A program made the position numbers and the translations under genes. A stretch of 64,000 nucleotides of DNA, taken from assembly GCA_031269545.1 (NCBI GenBank), contig JAISYZ010000027.1, forward strand, positions 2,367 to 66,366. The letters are read 5' to 3'. Position 1 is the stretch's first letter, and every line of letters starts with the position of its first letter. Origin of the DNA: Prevotellaceae bacterium (lineage in GTDB: Bacteria > Bacteroidota > Bacteroidia > Bacteroidales > UBA932). The notes under the pieces were generated by a model. The model was not told the DNA's origin and ran no database searches. It saw only the letters and a list, made by a program, of their open reading frames with translations. Below, piece after piece: positions 1 to 11,992 of this stretch.

Positions 1-216
1 TAACTTACATGTATTTTGTGTCTTTATGATTATTGACCAGATAATTTCCTGACCAGCGCATTTAAATGTGTAATTGTATGATTATAAGATGCTTGTTGCA
101 TATTTTATGTATTAAAAATAAAATTATAAATCTATAATTATCAACATATTATGCTATTTAAACGTGTTGACCATGAATTTTATATCTTCACAAACATTTG
201 ACTGAATTTATTTTTT

Positions 217-224
217 TATCTTTG
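217..224 (+). promoter_or_regulatory. Candidate Bacteroidota -7 promoter box (TATCTTTG) for uvrA
   Basis: Exact TAnnTTTG match 37 nt upstream of the ATG at 261. Confidence 0.45.
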
Positions 225-260
225 CGGATTATTTTTTAATGAACTGTGTTTTTTGAATAA

Positions 261-3080
261 ATGTCTGAAGAAAAAGAAATAAAAATCATAGGTGCTCGAA
301 CCAATAATCTGAAAAATGTTGATGTAACTATTCCTCGCAATAAACTTACCGTCATAACAGGATTGAGCGGCAGCGGCAAATCATCGCTGGCGTTTGATAC
401 AATCTATGCCGAAGGACAACGCCGATACATGGAAACGCTGTCGGCTTATGCCCGTCAATTTTTGGGAAACATGGAGCGTCCCGATGTCGAAAGTATTAGC
501 GGTTTAAGTCCCGTCATTGCGATAGAACAAAAAACCACAAACCGTAATCCGCGTTCAACTGTCGGAACAATTACCGAAATATATGACTTTTTACGTCTTT
601 TGTTTGCCCGCGCTTCTACTGCATATTCAAGAGTAACAGGCGAAGAGATGATGCGTTATAATGATGAGCAAATCGTAACAATGATAATGAAAAATTTCAA
701 CGGAAGAAAAACGATGATACTTGCTCCACTTGTAAGAGGACGTAAAGGACATTATAGAGAACTGTTTGAACAGCAACGCCGAAAAGGATTTTTAAATGTA
801 CGAATTGATGGCGAAATTCAGGAAATCAAACCTTTATTGAAAGTTGACAGATATAAAAGTCATTTTATAGAAATTGTAATTGACAAGTTAATTCCTGATG
901 AAAAAGACGAAAAACGTTTGCTTAATTCTATCAAAACAGCAATGATACACGGCAAAGGAACAATAATGGTTATCAACATCGAAAATAATGAGCCAAAATA
1001 TTACAGCCGCAATCTAATGTGTCCCACGACAGGAATTTCGTACAGCGAACCTGCTCCACATTCGTTTTCGTTCAATTCGCCGCAAGGCGCCTGTCCTTAT
1101 TGTAACGGACTTGGAACTGTGAGCGAAATGGATATTACAAAAATAATTCCAAATCCTAAAAAAAGCATTAAAAGCGGAGGGATAGAACCGCTCGGCAAAT
1201 ATACGTCTTCATCTATCTTTTCGCAAATTGAAGTGATTTTACGAAAATATAAAATTTCTATTTCCGATCCAATCGAAGATATTCCCGAAGATGTTATGAA
1301 AATTATACTTTACGGTTCGGACAATGCGTTTGTAGTTAGCGGAATTCAAGGTGGAGCGCAATATGTTGTTGATTTCGAAGGCGTTATAAACTTTATAAAT
1401 GATCGTCAAGCAACAGGCAGCGAATGGTCGCAAAATTGGGCTGACAGATTCATTAAATATATCACGTGTCCCGTATGTCATGGCAGACGGCTTAATGAAC
1501 AGACTCAATATTTCAAAATTGGCGATAACAATATTTCCGATTTATCAGAAATGGATATAAAAACGCTTTATGAATGGTCGCAAAACATCGAGGCACAATT
1601 GACGACACGACAACAGCACATTGCGCGTGAAATAATGAAAGAAATACGCTCGCGGCTTTCGTTTTTGATTGATGTAGGTTTGGATTATTTATCGCTGAAT
1701 CGCGCCACACATACACTTTCGGGCGGCGAAAGCCAAAGAATAAGGCTGGCGACACAGATAGGTTCCAAACTTGTAAATGTATTGTATATTTTAGACGAGC
1801 CAAGCATTGGACTGCATCAGCGCGATAATACAAAATTGATAAATTCGCTTAAACTGCTTAGAGATGAAGGAAATTCGATAATTGTTGTCGAACATGATGA
1901 AGAAACAATTCGCTCTGCCGATTATGTTGTAGATGTTGGTCCTCGCGCAGGAATACACGGAGGCGAAATTCTTTTTGAAGGAATGCCGAAGCAACTTGCC
2001 GAAAAAAATATTGACTCGCTGACAGCAAAATATCTTTCGAAACAAATGGAAATTAAAATTCCCGAAAAACGGCGCAAAGGTTCGGGAAAAACACTTGTAT
2101 TGCGTGGCGCAAAAGGCAATAATCTGAAAAATATTGACGTGTCTTTTCCTCTCGAAAAATTTATTTGTGTTACAGGCGTTTCGGGCAGCGGAAAATCAAC
2201 ATTGATAAACGAAACGTTACAGCCGATTTTAAGTCAAAAATTTTATCGTTCGCTGCAAGATCCCTTACCTTTCGACTCTATCAAAGGAATTGAACACATT
2301 GACAAAGTTATACAGATCGATCAGTCGCCTATAGGACGCAGTCCGCGTTCAAATCCTGCAACATACACGAAATTGTTTGACGAAATCCGCAAACTTTTTG
2401 AACAGATACCCGAAGCCAAAATTCGTGGATACAAATCAGGACGATTTTCGTTTAACGTAAAAGGCGGACGCTGCGAAGACTGCAAAGGCGCCGGCTTGCA
2501 AACGATAGAAATGAATTTTTTGCCTGATGTTTATGTGAAATGCAAGACCTGCAATGGAAAACGATACAATCGCGAAACACTTGAAATTTGTTATAAATCG
2601 AAAAACATTGGCGAAATTCTGAACATGACTATCGACGAAGCCTGCGATTTTTTTGAAAAACTTCCTAATATTTATCGGCGATTGAAAGTATTGAAAGATG
2701 TAGGGCTTGGATATCTCACGCTCGGACAGCCTGCGACAACGCTTTCGGGAGGCGAAAGTCAACGTGTGAAACTGGCTGCCGAACTTTCGAAAAACGACAC
2801 GGGAAAAACATTTTACATTCTCGATGAACCTACAACAGGCTTGCATTTTGAAGATGTGCGGATATTGCTTGGCGTTCTCAACCGACTTGTTGACAAAGGT
2901 AATACTGTAGTTGTGATTGAACATAACATGGAAGTCATTAAAGTTGCCGATTACATAATTGATTTGGGAAAAGATGGAGGCGAGCGAGGCGGAGAAGTAT
3001 TATGCTACGGCGCTCCCGAAGAAGTTGCAAAATGCAATAACAGTTATACCGCCGAATTTTTGAGGAAAATATTGAAGTAA
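261..3080 (+). CDS. uvrA: Excinuclease ABC subunit A
   Basis: 939-aa ORF with two ABC ATPase modules (Walker [13 protein letters not shown] and [12 protein letters not shown], two LSGGESQR signatures) and zinc-finger cysteines ([32 protein letters not shown]). Confidence 0.96.
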   Translation: MSEEKEIKIIGARTNNLKNVDVTIPRNKLTVITGLSGSGKSSLAFDTIYAEGQRRYMETLSAYARQFLGNMERPDVESISGLSPVIAIEQKTTNRNPRSTVGTITEIYDFLRLLFARASTAYSRVTGEEMMRYNDEQIVTMIMKNFNGRKTMILAPLVRGRKGHYRELFEQQRRKGFLNVRIDGEIQEIKPLLKVDRYKSHFIEIVIDKLIPDEKDEKRLLNSIKTAMIHGKGTIMVINIENNEPKYYSRNLMCPTTGISYSEPAPHSFSFNSPQGACPYCNGLGTVSEMDITKIIPNPKKSIKSGGIEPLGKYTSSSIFSQIEVILRKYKISISDPIEDIPEDVMKIILYGSDNAFVVSGIQGGAQYVVDFEGVINFINDRQATGSEWSQNWADRFIKYITCPVCHGRRLNEQTQYFKIGDNNISDLSEMDIKTLYEWSQNIEAQLTTRQQHIAREIMKEIRSRLSFLIDVGLDYLSLNRATHTLSGGESQRIRLATQIGSKLVNVLYILDEPSIGLHQRDNTKLINSLKLLRDEGNSIIVVEHDEETIRSADYVVDVGPRAGIHGGEILFEGMPKQLAEKNIDSLTAKYLSKQMEIKIPEKRRKGSGKTLVLRGAKGNNLKNIDVSFPLEKFICVTGVSGSGKSTLINETLQPILSQKFYRSLQDPLPFDSIKGIEHIDKVIQIDQSPIGRSPRSNPATYTKLFDEIRKLFEQIPEAKIRGYKSGRFSFNVKGGRCEDCKGAGLQTIEMNFLPDVYVKCKTCNGKRYNRETLEICYKSKNIGEILNMTIDEACDFFEKLPNIYRRLKVLKDVGLGYLTLGQPATTLSGGESQRVKLAAELSKNDTGKTFYILDEPTTGLHFEDVRILLGVLNRLVDKGNTVVVIEHNMEVIKVADYIIDLGKDGGERGGEVLCYGAPEEVAKCNNSYTAEFLRKILK

Positions 3081-3144
3081 TTAATTATTGCATACTGTTT
3101 TTCGCCTGTAATGATTACTATAATTTGCTAAGAAAAATCAACAT

Positions 3145-3690
3145 TTATAATATTTTTGCATTTGCAAGCGCTGGATGTTTTTTGTCTTTTTCGGAAAGAA
3201 TAATATCATGTTCGAGAATTTTCCAGTCAATATTGATTGTTTCATCGTTCCAGATTATTGCGCCTTCGTTTTGCGGCGAATAATAATTATCGCATTTATA
3301 CTGAAATATGGCTTCGGCGCTCAATACCGCAAAACCGTGGGCAAAACCGCGTGGAATAAATAATTGCAAATGATTTTCGGCGGTAAGTTCCACTGCTGCA
3401 TATTTTCCAAATGCAGGTGAATTTTTCCGAATATCAACGGCAACATCCAAAACTCTACCTTTGATAACTCGCACAAGTTTGGCTTGAGCGAAAGGCGGCA
3501 ACTGATAATGCAAACCTCGCAAAACGCCATACGATGACTTTGATTCGTTTTCTTGTACAAATACAGTTTTACAAACCTTCTGCTCAAAATCCCTTTGCAC
3601 GAATGATTCAAAAAAATATCCGCGAGAATCCATCAATATTTCAGGTTTTATGATTAAAACATCTTCAATGTTTGTCTTTATTATTTCCAT
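3145..3690 (-). CDS. rfbC: dTDP-4-dehydrorhamnose 3,5-epimerase
   Basis: 181-aa cupin ORF with typical RmlC motifs (RGLHYQ, FIPRGFAHGF); abuts rfbA. Confidence 0.9.
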   Translation of the reverse strand: MEIIKTNIEDVLIIKPEILMDSRGYFFESFVQRDFEQKVCKTVFVQENESKSSYGVLRGLHYQLPPFAQAKLVRVIKGRVLDVAVDIRKNSPAFGKYAAVELTAENHLQLFIPRGFAHGFAVLSAEAIFQYKCDNYYSPQNEGAIIWNDETINIDWKILEHDIILSEKDKKHPALANAKIL

Positions 3691-4580
3691 TATTTTGTAA
3701 ATTTTGTCTCATTCACAATTTTCAACAAATATTGTCCGTATTGATTTTTAATCATTGGCTGCGCATTTTCAATCAGTTTTTCTTTTGTAATCCATCCGTT
3801 GTTACAGGCAATTTCTTCGAGACATGCAATTTTACATCCTTGACGTTTTTCAAGAACTTCGACAAAAATAGATGCTTCGGCAAGCGAATCGTGCGTACCT
3901 GTATCCAGCCATGCAAATCCGCGTCCTAACAGTTGAACTTTTAATTCCTGATTTTTCAGAAATTCCTGATTGACAGTTGTAATTTCCAACTCGCCGCGTG
4001 CCGATGGTTTCACATTTTTTGCAATTTCGACAACCTTATTCGGATAAAAATATAATCCCACAACGGCATAATTTGATTTGGGATTTTGTGGTTTTTCTTC
4101 GATGCTGATTACGTTTTCGTTTTCATCAAATTCGACAACTCCGTAGCGTTCGGGATCGTCAACGTAATAACCGAAAATCGTTGACTTTGCTTCTTGTTCT
4201 GCCGTACGCACAGCATCTTTCAGCATTGCAGAAAATCCTGCACCCTGAAAAATATTATCGCCTAAAACCAGACAAGCCGAATCGTTGCCGATAAAATTTT
4301 CGCCGATAATGAATGCCTGCGCCAAGCCATCGGGCGAAGGTTGTTCCGCATATTCGAATATAACGCCACAGTCAGATCCATCGCCAAGCAAACGTTTGAA
4401 ACCGGGCAAATCCTGTGGCGTTGATATTATTAATATTTCGCGTATTCCTGCCAGCATCAAAACCGAAATCGGATAGTAAATCATTGGTTTGTCGTATATT
4501 GGCAGCAGTTGCTTTGATACGCCTTTTGTAATTGGATACAAGCGTGTACCTGAACCTCCTGCTAAAACAATTCCTTTCAT
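3690..4580 (-). CDS. rfbA: Glucose-1-phosphate thymidylyltransferase
   Basis: 296-aa ORF starting [18 protein letters not shown] (nucleotidyltransferase G-loop), full-length RmlA-like. Confidence 0.93.
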   Translation of the reverse strand: MKGIVLAGGSGTRLYPITKGVSKQLLPIYDKPMIYYPISVLMLAGIREILIISTPQDLPGFKRLLGDGSDCGVIFEYAEQPSPDGLAQAFIIGENFIGNDSACLVLGDNIFQGAGFSAMLKDAVRTAEQEAKSTIFGYYVDDPERYGVVEFDENENVISIEEKPQNPKSNYAVVGLYFYPNKVVEIAKNVKPSARGELEITTVNQEFLKNQELKVQLLGRGFAWLDTGTHDSLAEASIFVEVLEKRQGCKIACLEEIACNNGWITKEKLIENAQPMIKNQYGQYLLKIVNETKFTK

Positions 4581-4952
4581 ATATATTTAATTTTTAATAT
4601 AAAATTGTATAAAATACAAATGTACTAATTTTAAAATAAGACAGCAAATTTAATTCAATAAAAAAGGCGTATTTCAAATGATTGTAGTTGCCATTGTTAA
4701 CGGCAAGCGCAACGAAACAGAGTTTGGACAAGTCAATCAGGAATAGTAGTTAGTTGTAAGTTAATTTACTAAGTAAGTGTTCATAATTAGTTGTCAATAT
4801 GCGTGTTTATAAAAAACTAAAAATGAGCAATATACAAATTAGATATGTTGAACTAATTCTGTTCAACTACTTATTGACTAACGACTGTTATATTTAAATA
4901 TCTTACTGTCAGCACAAACGTCATCGCAAAAAACCGAGTAATTTATTTTGCT

Positions 4953-4960
4953 TATCTTTG
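4953..4960 (+). promoter_or_regulatory. Candidate -7 promoter box (TATCTTTG)
   Basis: TAnnTTTG match 45 nt upstream of the ATG at 5005. Confidence 0.45.
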
Positions 4961-5004
4961 CGCTCTTTTTAGAATGATATTAGTATTAATTATTAAATGA
5001 ATTT

Positions 5005-6555
5005 ATGTCGATATTAAAACAAAAAATTGAAGAATTAAAAAATCGCAAAGCAAAAATAATGCTTGGCGGAGGCGAGAAATCTATCGCCAAACAAAAGGAA
5101 ATGGGGAAAAAAACAGCACGCGAGCGTATAGATGCATTGCTTGACAAGGATTCGTTCCTTGAATATGACATGTTTATACAGCACGAAGCTCGCGAATTTG
5201 GCTTGCTTGGCAAAGAATTGCCTGCCGATGGCGTTGTTACAGGAACAGGAAAAATCAACGGCAAACAGGTTGCCGTTTTTGCTCAGGATTTTACTGTTGC
5301 CGGAGGCTCGCTCGGCTTTATGCATGCAAAAAAGATTACTAAAATAATGGATATAGCGCTCAACAACCGTATTCCGCTTATTGGCATTAACGATTCGGGC
5401 GGAGCGCGTATTCAGGAAGGCGTTGGCGCTTTGGCTGGATATGGAGAAATTTTTTACCGCAACACTATTTCGAGCGGAGTGATTCCTCAACTTTCGGTAA
5501 TTCTCGGACCTTGCGCCGGAGGAGCGGTTTATTCGCCTGCGCTTACCGATTTTGTGTTTGTTGTTGAAGGAATTTCAAAAATGTTTATTACAGGACCAGA
5601 TGTAATCAAAACGGTTTTGGGTGAAGAAATTTCGCAGGAAGATTTAGGCGGAGCGCGAGTACACAGCGAAATTACAGGAAATGCTCACTTTTGCGCATCG
5701 AGCGAAGAAGAGTGTTTCAACCAGATACGCACACTTTTGGATTATATTCCGCAGAACAACAATAAAGAATCGCTATTCAACGCATTGGCAAAAGAACCTT
5801 TGGACGAGATAAAAATTGAAACAGCAGTTCCCGACGATCCCAAAATTCCTTACGATGTACGGAATGTTATAAAATCAGTTACGGATGGAAGCGATTTTTT
5901 TGAAGTACAGGCATTATTTGCGCCCAACATTGTAATCGGTTACGGACGAATAAACGGTGCGACAGTCGGATTTATTGCCAATCAGCCCGATTCGCTTGCA
6001 GGCGTTCTCGATTGCGATTCGGCAGACAAGGCGGCTCGTTTTATACGTTTTTGCGATTCGTTCAACATTCCGCTTGTTACATTCGAAGATCTTCCGGGCT
6101 ACCTTCCGGGAGTTGATCAGGAACACATGGGCGTCATTCGTCATGGAGCAAAAATTTTGTACGCATACAGCGAGGCAACCGTTCCGCGCATTACTGTAAT
6201 TTTGCGCAAAGCCTACGGCGGCGGTTACATTGCAATGAACTCGCGCCATTTACAGGCAGATTTTGTTTTTGCATGGACTCTCGCCGAAATTGCAGTTATG
6301 GGAGCCGAAGGCGCTGCAAATGTTATTTTCCGCAAAGATATTGCCGAAGCCGAAAATCCTGCGGAAGCGCGTACTCAAAAAATTCAGGAGTATAAAGACA
6401 AATTTGCAAATCCATACGTAGCAGCAGGCAAAGGATTTGTTGATGCTGTGATAGAACCGTGCGAAACGCGAAAATATCTGATACATGCTTTGAGCGTTTG
6501 CAAAAACAAAAAAGTGGAACGTCCCTATAAAAAACATGGAAATCCGCCGTTTTAA
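5005..6555 (+). CDS. Acyl-CoA carboxyltransferase (methylmalonyl-CoA decarboxylase alpha / propionyl-CoA carboxylase beta family)
   Basis: 516-aa ORF with full-length resemblance to the carboxyltransferase family (NDSGGARIQEG, GPCAGGAVYSPALTDF, AYGGGY). Confidence 0.9.
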   Translation: MSILKQKIEELKNRKAKIMLGGGEKSIAKQKEMGKKTARERIDALLDKDSFLEYDMFIQHEAREFGLLGKELPADGVVTGTGKINGKQVAVFAQDFTVAGGSLGFMHAKKITKIMDIALNNRIPLIGINDSGGARIQEGVGALAGYGEIFYRNTISSGVIPQLSVILGPCAGGAVYSPALTDFVFVVEGISKMFITGPDVIKTVLGEEISQEDLGGARVHSEITGNAHFCASSEEECFNQIRTLLDYIPQNNNKESLFNALAKEPLDEIKIETAVPDDPKIPYDVRNVIKSVTDGSDFFEVQALFAPNIVIGYGRINGATVGFIANQPDSLAGVLDCDSADKAARFIRFCDSFNIPLVTFEDLPGYLPGVDQEHMGVIRHGAKILYAYSEATVPRITVILRKAYGGGYIAMNSRHLQADFVFAWTLAEIAVMGAEGAANVIFRKDIAEAENPAEARTQKIQEYKDKFANPYVAAGKGFVDAVIEPCETRKYLIHALSVCKNKKVERPYKKHGNPPF

Positions 6556-6583
6556 CAAATTGAATCTAATAAAAAATTGAATA

Positions 6584-6808
6584 ATGATTAAAAATCCGAA
6601 ATATATAAAGTCGTTTCTACCCGGAACAGTCGTAGATGTAAAAACAAAAACAGGCGATATTGTTAAAAAAGGCGATGTTCTGATAATATTCGATGCAATG
6701 AAGATGCACAATCGCATAATTGCAACAATAGATGGTAAAGTAAAATCGGTAAATGTAAAGCAAAACGATACAGTGCCAAAAGATTTTGTTATGATAGAGT
6801 TGGAATAG
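6584..6808 (+). CDS. Biotin carboxyl carrier (biotinyl/lipoyl domain) protein
   Basis: 74-aa ORF with the AMKM biotinylation motif (FDAMKMHN), directly downstream of the carboxyltransferase. Confidence 0.85.
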   Translation: MIKNPKYIKSFLPGTVVDVKTKTGDIVKKGDVLIIFDAMKMHNRIIATIDGKVKSVNVKQNDTVPKDFVMIELE

Positions 6809-6903
6809 ATTAACATGCAATCAGATAGTCCAAATCATCAAAATTGATGCAAACAGCAGCGCCGAATGTTTATTTTGGCGCTGATTGTTTTAAAATCATT
6901 TCT

Positions 6904-8346
6904 CTATATCAAAAGAGGAAAGAGCCATAATTCCTGAATTATAAAAAATACTGCTCCTGCAATATATCCCAACAAAACGAGCAATGTCATATTCTTGAAA
7001 TACCATATAAAGTTTATTTTTTCCAATCCCATAGTAACAACTCCTGCCGCCGAGCCTATAATCAGGATACTTCCGCCTGCGCCTGCGCAATATGCAAGAA
7101 ACAGCCAAAACGAACCATCCTGAACGAAATTTGCCATATAAACAGGATCTGCCGCCGCGCTGATAATAGCCTCGTTTGCCAAAGGATACATTCCCATTGC
7201 ACCTGCCACAAGCGGAACGTTATCAACGACAGATGAAAGTACTCCTATTAGCATATTTATAATATACACATTACCTATTTGTTCTTTAAGCAGTGTAGAA
7301 AAATCCTGCAATATTCCCGCACATTGCAACGCTGCCACCGACATTAATATTCCCAAGAAAAACAAAATGGTAGAAATATCAATACGTCCCAAAATTATTG
7401 TAATTCTTGCCTTGTCGTGTTCCGGAATATTTTGTTTTCGCTGATATAGAATTTCGGTATAAATCCACAATACGCTCAATCCGAACAAAACGCCCATAAA
7501 CGGAGGAAGATTCGTGATAGCCCGAAATATCGGAACAAAGACAAGACTTCCCAGTCCAAGCATGAAGATTGTTCTTTTTTCGATTCGGTTTAAATATTTG
7601 GCGGTTTCGAGATGGTTTGTATCTTTTGATTCTAATGTTGTGATTGGTCGCGTAAAATCGCCTTTGAGCATCCTGCCGACAATAATAACGGGAACTATAA
7701 CCGACAGCAGCGATGGTATTATCAAACTCGGCAATATTCCTCCCGTAGTTATATTTCCTTTTATCCAAAGCATGATTGTGGTGATGTCGCCTATGGGCGA
7801 AAACGCTCCTCCGCTGTTTGCCGCAATAATAATGATACCTGCAAAAATCCACCGTTCTTTGGCATTGTTTATGAATTTGCGAAGCAGCATTATCATCACT
7901 ATAGCCGTAGTCATGTTATCCAATACAGCCGACATGAAAAACGTAATCAGCGCCAGCAGCCATAATAGTTTTTTCTTGTTTCGAGTTGATATTAAATCGG
8001 TGATAAGCGAAAATCCACCATGAACATCTACAAGTTCGACTATTGTCATTGCGCCTATCAGGAAAAACAGTATTTCGGCAATATCGCCTATATGTTCTAT
8101 TATTTGCTTTTCGTTTACAAACGAAATTATCTTCTCGAACAGCGAAAGATGTTCTTTGGCTGCGTTTTCGGCAAAAACCATAAAATCTGCGCTGTCTGCC
8201 AAAATTGACGATGCATTTAATATGTATATACTCCATAAAGCAACGCTCAAAAGTAAAGCAAATGCTGCCTTGTTGATTTTCAATAAGTGTTCGAGAGCAA
8301 TAGCGGCATAGCCCACAGCAAACAAAATAATCATTGTAATAATCAT
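6904..8346 (-). CDS. NhaD/ArsB-family ion transporter (putative Na+/H+ antiporter)
   Basis: 480-aa polytopic hydrophobic ORF with NhaD-like sequence throughout; overlapping ORFs in other frames are shadows. Confidence 0.8.
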   Translation of the reverse strand: MIITMIILFAVGYAAIALEHLLKINKAAFALLLSVALWSIYILNASSILADSADFMVFAENAAKEHLSLFEKIISFVNEKQIIEHIGDIAEILFFLIGAMTIVELVDVHGGFSLITDLISTRNKKKLLWLLALITFFMSAVLDNMTTAIVMIMLLRKFINNAKERWIFAGIIIIAANSGGAFSPIGDITTIMLWIKGNITTGGILPSLIIPSLLSVIVPVIIVGRMLKGDFTRPITTLESKDTNHLETAKYLNRIEKRTIFMLGLGSLVFVPIFRAITNLPPFMGVLFGLSVLWIYTEILYQRKQNIPEHDKARITIILGRIDISTILFFLGILMSVAALQCAGILQDFSTLLKEQIGNVYIINMLIGVLSSVVDNVPLVAGAMGMYPLANEAIISAAADPVYMANFVQDGSFWLFLAYCAGAGGSILIIGSAAGVVTMGLEKINFIWYFKNMTLLVLLGYIAGAVFFIIQELWLFPLLI

Positions 8347-8821
8347 CGTATTTTTATTTTATGATATAATCAAGTCTATATTTTTTAATTAAGACTGCAA
8401 ATGTAAGTTTTTTATTATCATTATGGTTAGTGATTTTTTATTTTGTTTTGAATGTTTAATGAAATTTAACCTCAACAGATGCTTTCTTTATATAAAATAA
8501 CCAGAATCACCACATGACGTAACGATTATTGATTGCTGATGAACAACAGTTTTTTAATACATACTCAATGTTATTTGAATTGTCAATTTTATTTTAATCA
8601 TTTTGCTTGCGGTTTAGTATAAATTAAATAATTTCTATTCTTTTCGATTTTCACTTACAAAGCTATGATATATTATTTCACAATAATGCAAATTTTGCGA
8701 AAAAATACAGATCAGATTAAATTTTCTTTGCTGCCTTTATTCTTTTTTGCTTACTTTGCAGATAATTTTAAGCAGCAATGATTTTGTTTTTCTTATATAA
8801 TAACAAAATACTGAAAAATAC

Positions 8822-10066
8822 ATGAACGTAGAATATTTTATAGCGAAAAGACTTGCATCGAGCAAAGAAAGTGGAAATCGGCTGTCGCGGTTAATGTCGA
8901 TTGTTGCCATTATCAGCGTTGCGCTCGGCATGGCGGTAATGATTCTTACTGTTGCCATTGTTACCGGTTTCAAAAAAAACATTTCCGACAAACTTGTCGG
9001 CGGAAGTTCGCATATTCAAATAACCAATCTCGATTCAAACTATTCTTTTGAAACAAATCCCATAGCCGAAACCAAAGAACTTTTTGATGAACTGAACGAA
9101 ATCGAAGGCGTGAAACATATTCAAAAATTCGTAACAAAAGGCGGAATAATAAGAACGGAACAGGACAATCAGGGCGTAATGTTCAAAGGCGTTGATTACG
9201 ATTTTGATAAAACGTTTTTTGAAAAATGTCTTATTGAAGGACAAATTTTTACGGTCAGCGATACGGTAACTTCCAATGATGTTTTGATTTCAAAAAAACT
9301 TGCGCAACTGTTGCGGCTGAAACTCGGCGACAAGTTCGATGCTTATTTTGTTCAGGAGCCGTTGCGTGTACGGCGCTTTTCGATTTGCGGAATTTATTCG
9401 ACACAGCTCGACGAAATAGACAAGTCGCTTGTGCTGTGCGACATCAAACATTTGCAAAAAATTTACGGTTGGACGAAAAATCAAGTTTCGGGTTTGGAAA
9501 TAACAGTTGACAATATCAAAAACATTGAAAAATTGAACGCCGAAATCAGCAATCTGGTTACTTTCCGCACAGCCGAAGATGGCTCGCGGCTTGCCGTCAA
9601 CGATGTTATTCAATTGTATCCGCATTTGTTTGCATGGCTCGATTTGCTCGATACAAACGTTATTATAATTCTTTTGCTTACAATAGCCGTTGCCGGATTC
9701 AATATGGTTTCGGGTTTGCTTATAATGCTTCTTGAACGTACAGCGATGATAGGAATTTTGAAATCGTTAGGAATGCAAAGTGTCAACATTTGCAATCTGT
9801 TTTTGTATCGCACGGCGTTTATTGTTGTCAAAGGTTTAATAATCGGCAATGCGATTGGGATTGCCTGCTGTTTGTTGCAACAGCATTTCGGAATAATCAA
9901 ACTTGATGCGGCAAGTTATTTTGTAGCGACCGTTCCCATAAATTTAAATATTGTTCATTTGCTGTTACTTAACGTGTCGGCTGTGTTGGTTATTGCGCTT
10001 GTATTGATAATTCCGTCTCAAATAATAACGAAAATCAGCCCCGAAAAAACAATAAGATTTGAATAA
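8822..10066 (+). CDS. FtsX-like ABC transporter permease (LolC/E-type)
   Basis: 414 aa; N-terminal TM, large periplasmic MacB-like domain, C-terminal FtsX 3-TM bundle; starts MNVEYFIAKRL as in LolE-like proteins. Confidence 0.8.
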   Translation: MNVEYFIAKRLASSKESGNRLSRLMSIVAIISVALGMAVMILTVAIVTGFKKNISDKLVGGSSHIQITNLDSNYSFETNPIAETKELFDELNEIEGVKHIQKFVTKGGIIRTEQDNQGVMFKGVDYDFDKTFFEKCLIEGQIFTVSDTVTSNDVLISKKLAQLLRLKLGDKFDAYFVQEPLRVRRFSICGIYSTQLDEIDKSLVLCDIKHLQKIYGWTKNQVSGLEITVDNIKNIEKLNAEISNLVTFRTAEDGSRLAVNDVIQLYPHLFAWLDLLDTNVIIILLLTIAVAGFNMVSGLLIMLLERTAMIGILKSLGMQSVNICNLFLYRTAFIVVKGLIIGNAIGIACCLLQQHFGIIKLDAASYFVATVPINLNIVHLLLLNVSAVLVIALVLIIPSQIITKISPEKTIRFE

Positions 10067-10179
10067 ATATTTCCGTATTTCATCATTAACAATTACTAAT
10101 TAAGAGTTACAAACAACTCAGCAAATCAACAAATAAGCAAATCTTTTATGATAATTTTTTCTTTTTCAATTCTTATAAT

Positions 10180-10187
10180 TATCTTTG
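10180..10187 (+). promoter_or_regulatory. Candidate -7 promoter box (TATCTTTG)
   Basis: TAnnTTTG match; it overlaps the TTG start used by the ORF track at 10185, which argues for the ATG at 10224. Confidence 0.45.
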
Positions 10188-10223
10188 CATCTGAAAAAAG
10201 ACTTAAATTTTAAAAAATACGAT

Positions 10224-10958
10224 ATGAAATTAAAATTATTATCAATTGCAATTATTGCTGTAACTGTTTGCGCATGCAACAGCGGTAAGAAAACCGAACA
10301 GCAAAGTCAAGAGACAGAAACAAAAATTACTAACGAAGAAGTACAATCTGTAACAGAAACAACGGCAGATACTGCTCAAAAAGAAGAACAAACAATGAAA
10401 GAAGAAGTAAAAAAAGAAGAACCACAAACGGCAGTAAAAGCCAAAACGTCAAACGAAGATGTTTTCGACATTGTAACATCACTTGGCACAATACGCGTTA
10501 AACTTTACAAAGAAACGCCGAAACATCGCGACAATTTTGTAAAACTTGCTACATCGGGATACTACGATGGAGTGCTTTTTCATCGCGTAATCAAAGATTT
10601 TATGATTCAAACAGGCGATCCAGATTCTAAAAATGCACAACCCGGAGCGCGTTTGGGCATGGGAGGTCCAGATTATACAATTGATGCGGAATTTCTTCCT
10701 CAATTCAAACACAAAAAAGGCGCAGTTGCTGCTGCTCGTCAAGGCGACCAAGTCAATCCCGAAAAAAAATCATCGGGGTCGCAGTTTTACATTGTTCACA
10801 ATCAAGATGGAACGTCATTTTTAGACGGTGCATATACAGTTTTCGGCGAAACTGTAAAAGGGCTTGATGTTATTGATAAAATCGCAAACGTACAAACAGG
10901 ACAGGGCGACAGACCTGTTGTTGATATTAAAATTGAAAAAATTGTACGTGTAGAGTAG
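10224..10958 (+). CDS. Cyclophilin-type peptidyl-prolyl cis-trans isomerase, lipoprotein
   Basis: Lipoprotein signal MKLKLLSIAIIAVTVCAC, low-complexity E/K linker, then cyclophilin core (FHRVIKDFMIQTGDP, GSQFYIV). Confidence 0.9.
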   Translation: MKLKLLSIAIIAVTVCACNSGKKTEQQSQETETKITNEEVQSVTETTADTAQKEEQTMKEEVKKEEPQTAVKAKTSNEDVFDIVTSLGTIRVKLYKETPKHRDNFVKLATSGYYDGVLFHRVIKDFMIQTGDPDSKNAQPGARLGMGGPDYTIDAEFLPQFKHKKGAVAAARQGDQVNPEKKSSGSQFYIVHNQDGTSFLDGAYTVFGETVKGLDVIDKIANVQTGQGDRPVVDIKIEKIVRVE

Positions 10959-10969
10959 ATTTTATAAGC

Positions 10970-11992
10970 ATGAAAAGCAAAATAACAGAATTACTCGAAC
11001 ATGTAGAAAAATTTACTTCCGAAAGGCTTGAGCAAGTCGAAGAATTTCGTATAAAAATGCTCGGCAAAAAGGGAGAAATAACACAACTTTTTGAGAATTT
11101 CAAAACATTTACATCCGAACAAAAACGCGAGTTGGGAAAAGACTTGAACGAACTTAAAACAAAAACGCTTGAAAAAATAAATTCTTTTAAGGAAATATTC
11201 GCAAAATTACAGGAAAAAACAGCCGCCGATTTTGATATGACAATGCCCGCAAACAGCGAGCCTGTCGGGTCACGGCATCCCATATCAATTATGAAAAACA
11301 AAATTGTTGATATTTTCAAGCGTCTTGGCTATACAATTGCCGAAGGTCCGGAAATAGAAGATGACTGGCACGTTTTCAGCGCATTGAATTTTCCTCCCGA
11401 ACATCCCGCACGCGATATGCAAGACACATTTTTTATTAAAAAAAATCCTGATATACTGTTGCGTACGCATACAAGTTCGATGCAGGTGAGGGCAATGGAA
11501 CAAAGCAAACCTCCAATTCGCATTATTTGTCCCGGGCGCGTTTTTCGCAACGAAGCAATTTCGGCTCGCGCACATTGTATTTTTCATCAGATAGAAGGTT
11601 TGTATATAGACGAAAACGTGTCGTTTGCCGATCTCAAACAAACATTACTGTATTTTGCGCAGGAAATGTTCGGAAAAGATACTCAAATACGGCTTCGACC
11701 TTCATATTTTCCGTTTACCGAACCATCGGCAGAAATGGATGTTTCGTGTAAAATTTGCGGAGGAAAAGGCTGTAATATCTGCAAAGGCACGGGCTGGCTC
11801 GAAATAATGGGATGCGGAATGGTCGATCCCAACGTTCTTGAAAGTTGCAAAATCGATTCCCGAAAATACACAGGTTTTGCTTTTGGAATGGGCGTCGAAC
11901 GTCTGGCAATGCTCAAATGGCAAATACGCGATTTACGCCTTTATTTCGAAAACGACATACGGTTTTTGCAGCAGTTCGGTTCTGTGATTTGA
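10970..11992 (+). CDS. pheS: Phenylalanine--tRNA ligase alpha subunit
   Basis: 340 aa; class II aaRS motifs (FRNEAISARAHCIFHQIEG, GFAFGMGVERLAM). Confidence 0.95.
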   Translation: MKSKITELLEHVEKFTSERLEQVEEFRIKMLGKKGEITQLFENFKTFTSEQKRELGKDLNELKTKTLEKINSFKEIFAKLQEKTAADFDMTMPANSEPVGSRHPISIMKNKIVDIFKRLGYTIAEGPEIEDDWHVFSALNFPPEHPARDMQDTFFIKKNPDILLRTHTSSMQVRAMEQSKPPIRIICPGRVFRNEAISARAHCIFHQIEGLYIDENVSFADLKQTLLYFAQEMFGKDTQIRLRPSYFPFTEPSAEMDVSCKICGGKGCNICKGTGWLEIMGCGMVDPNVLESCKIDSRKYTGFAFGMGVERLAMLKWQIRDLRLYFENDIRFLQQFGSVI

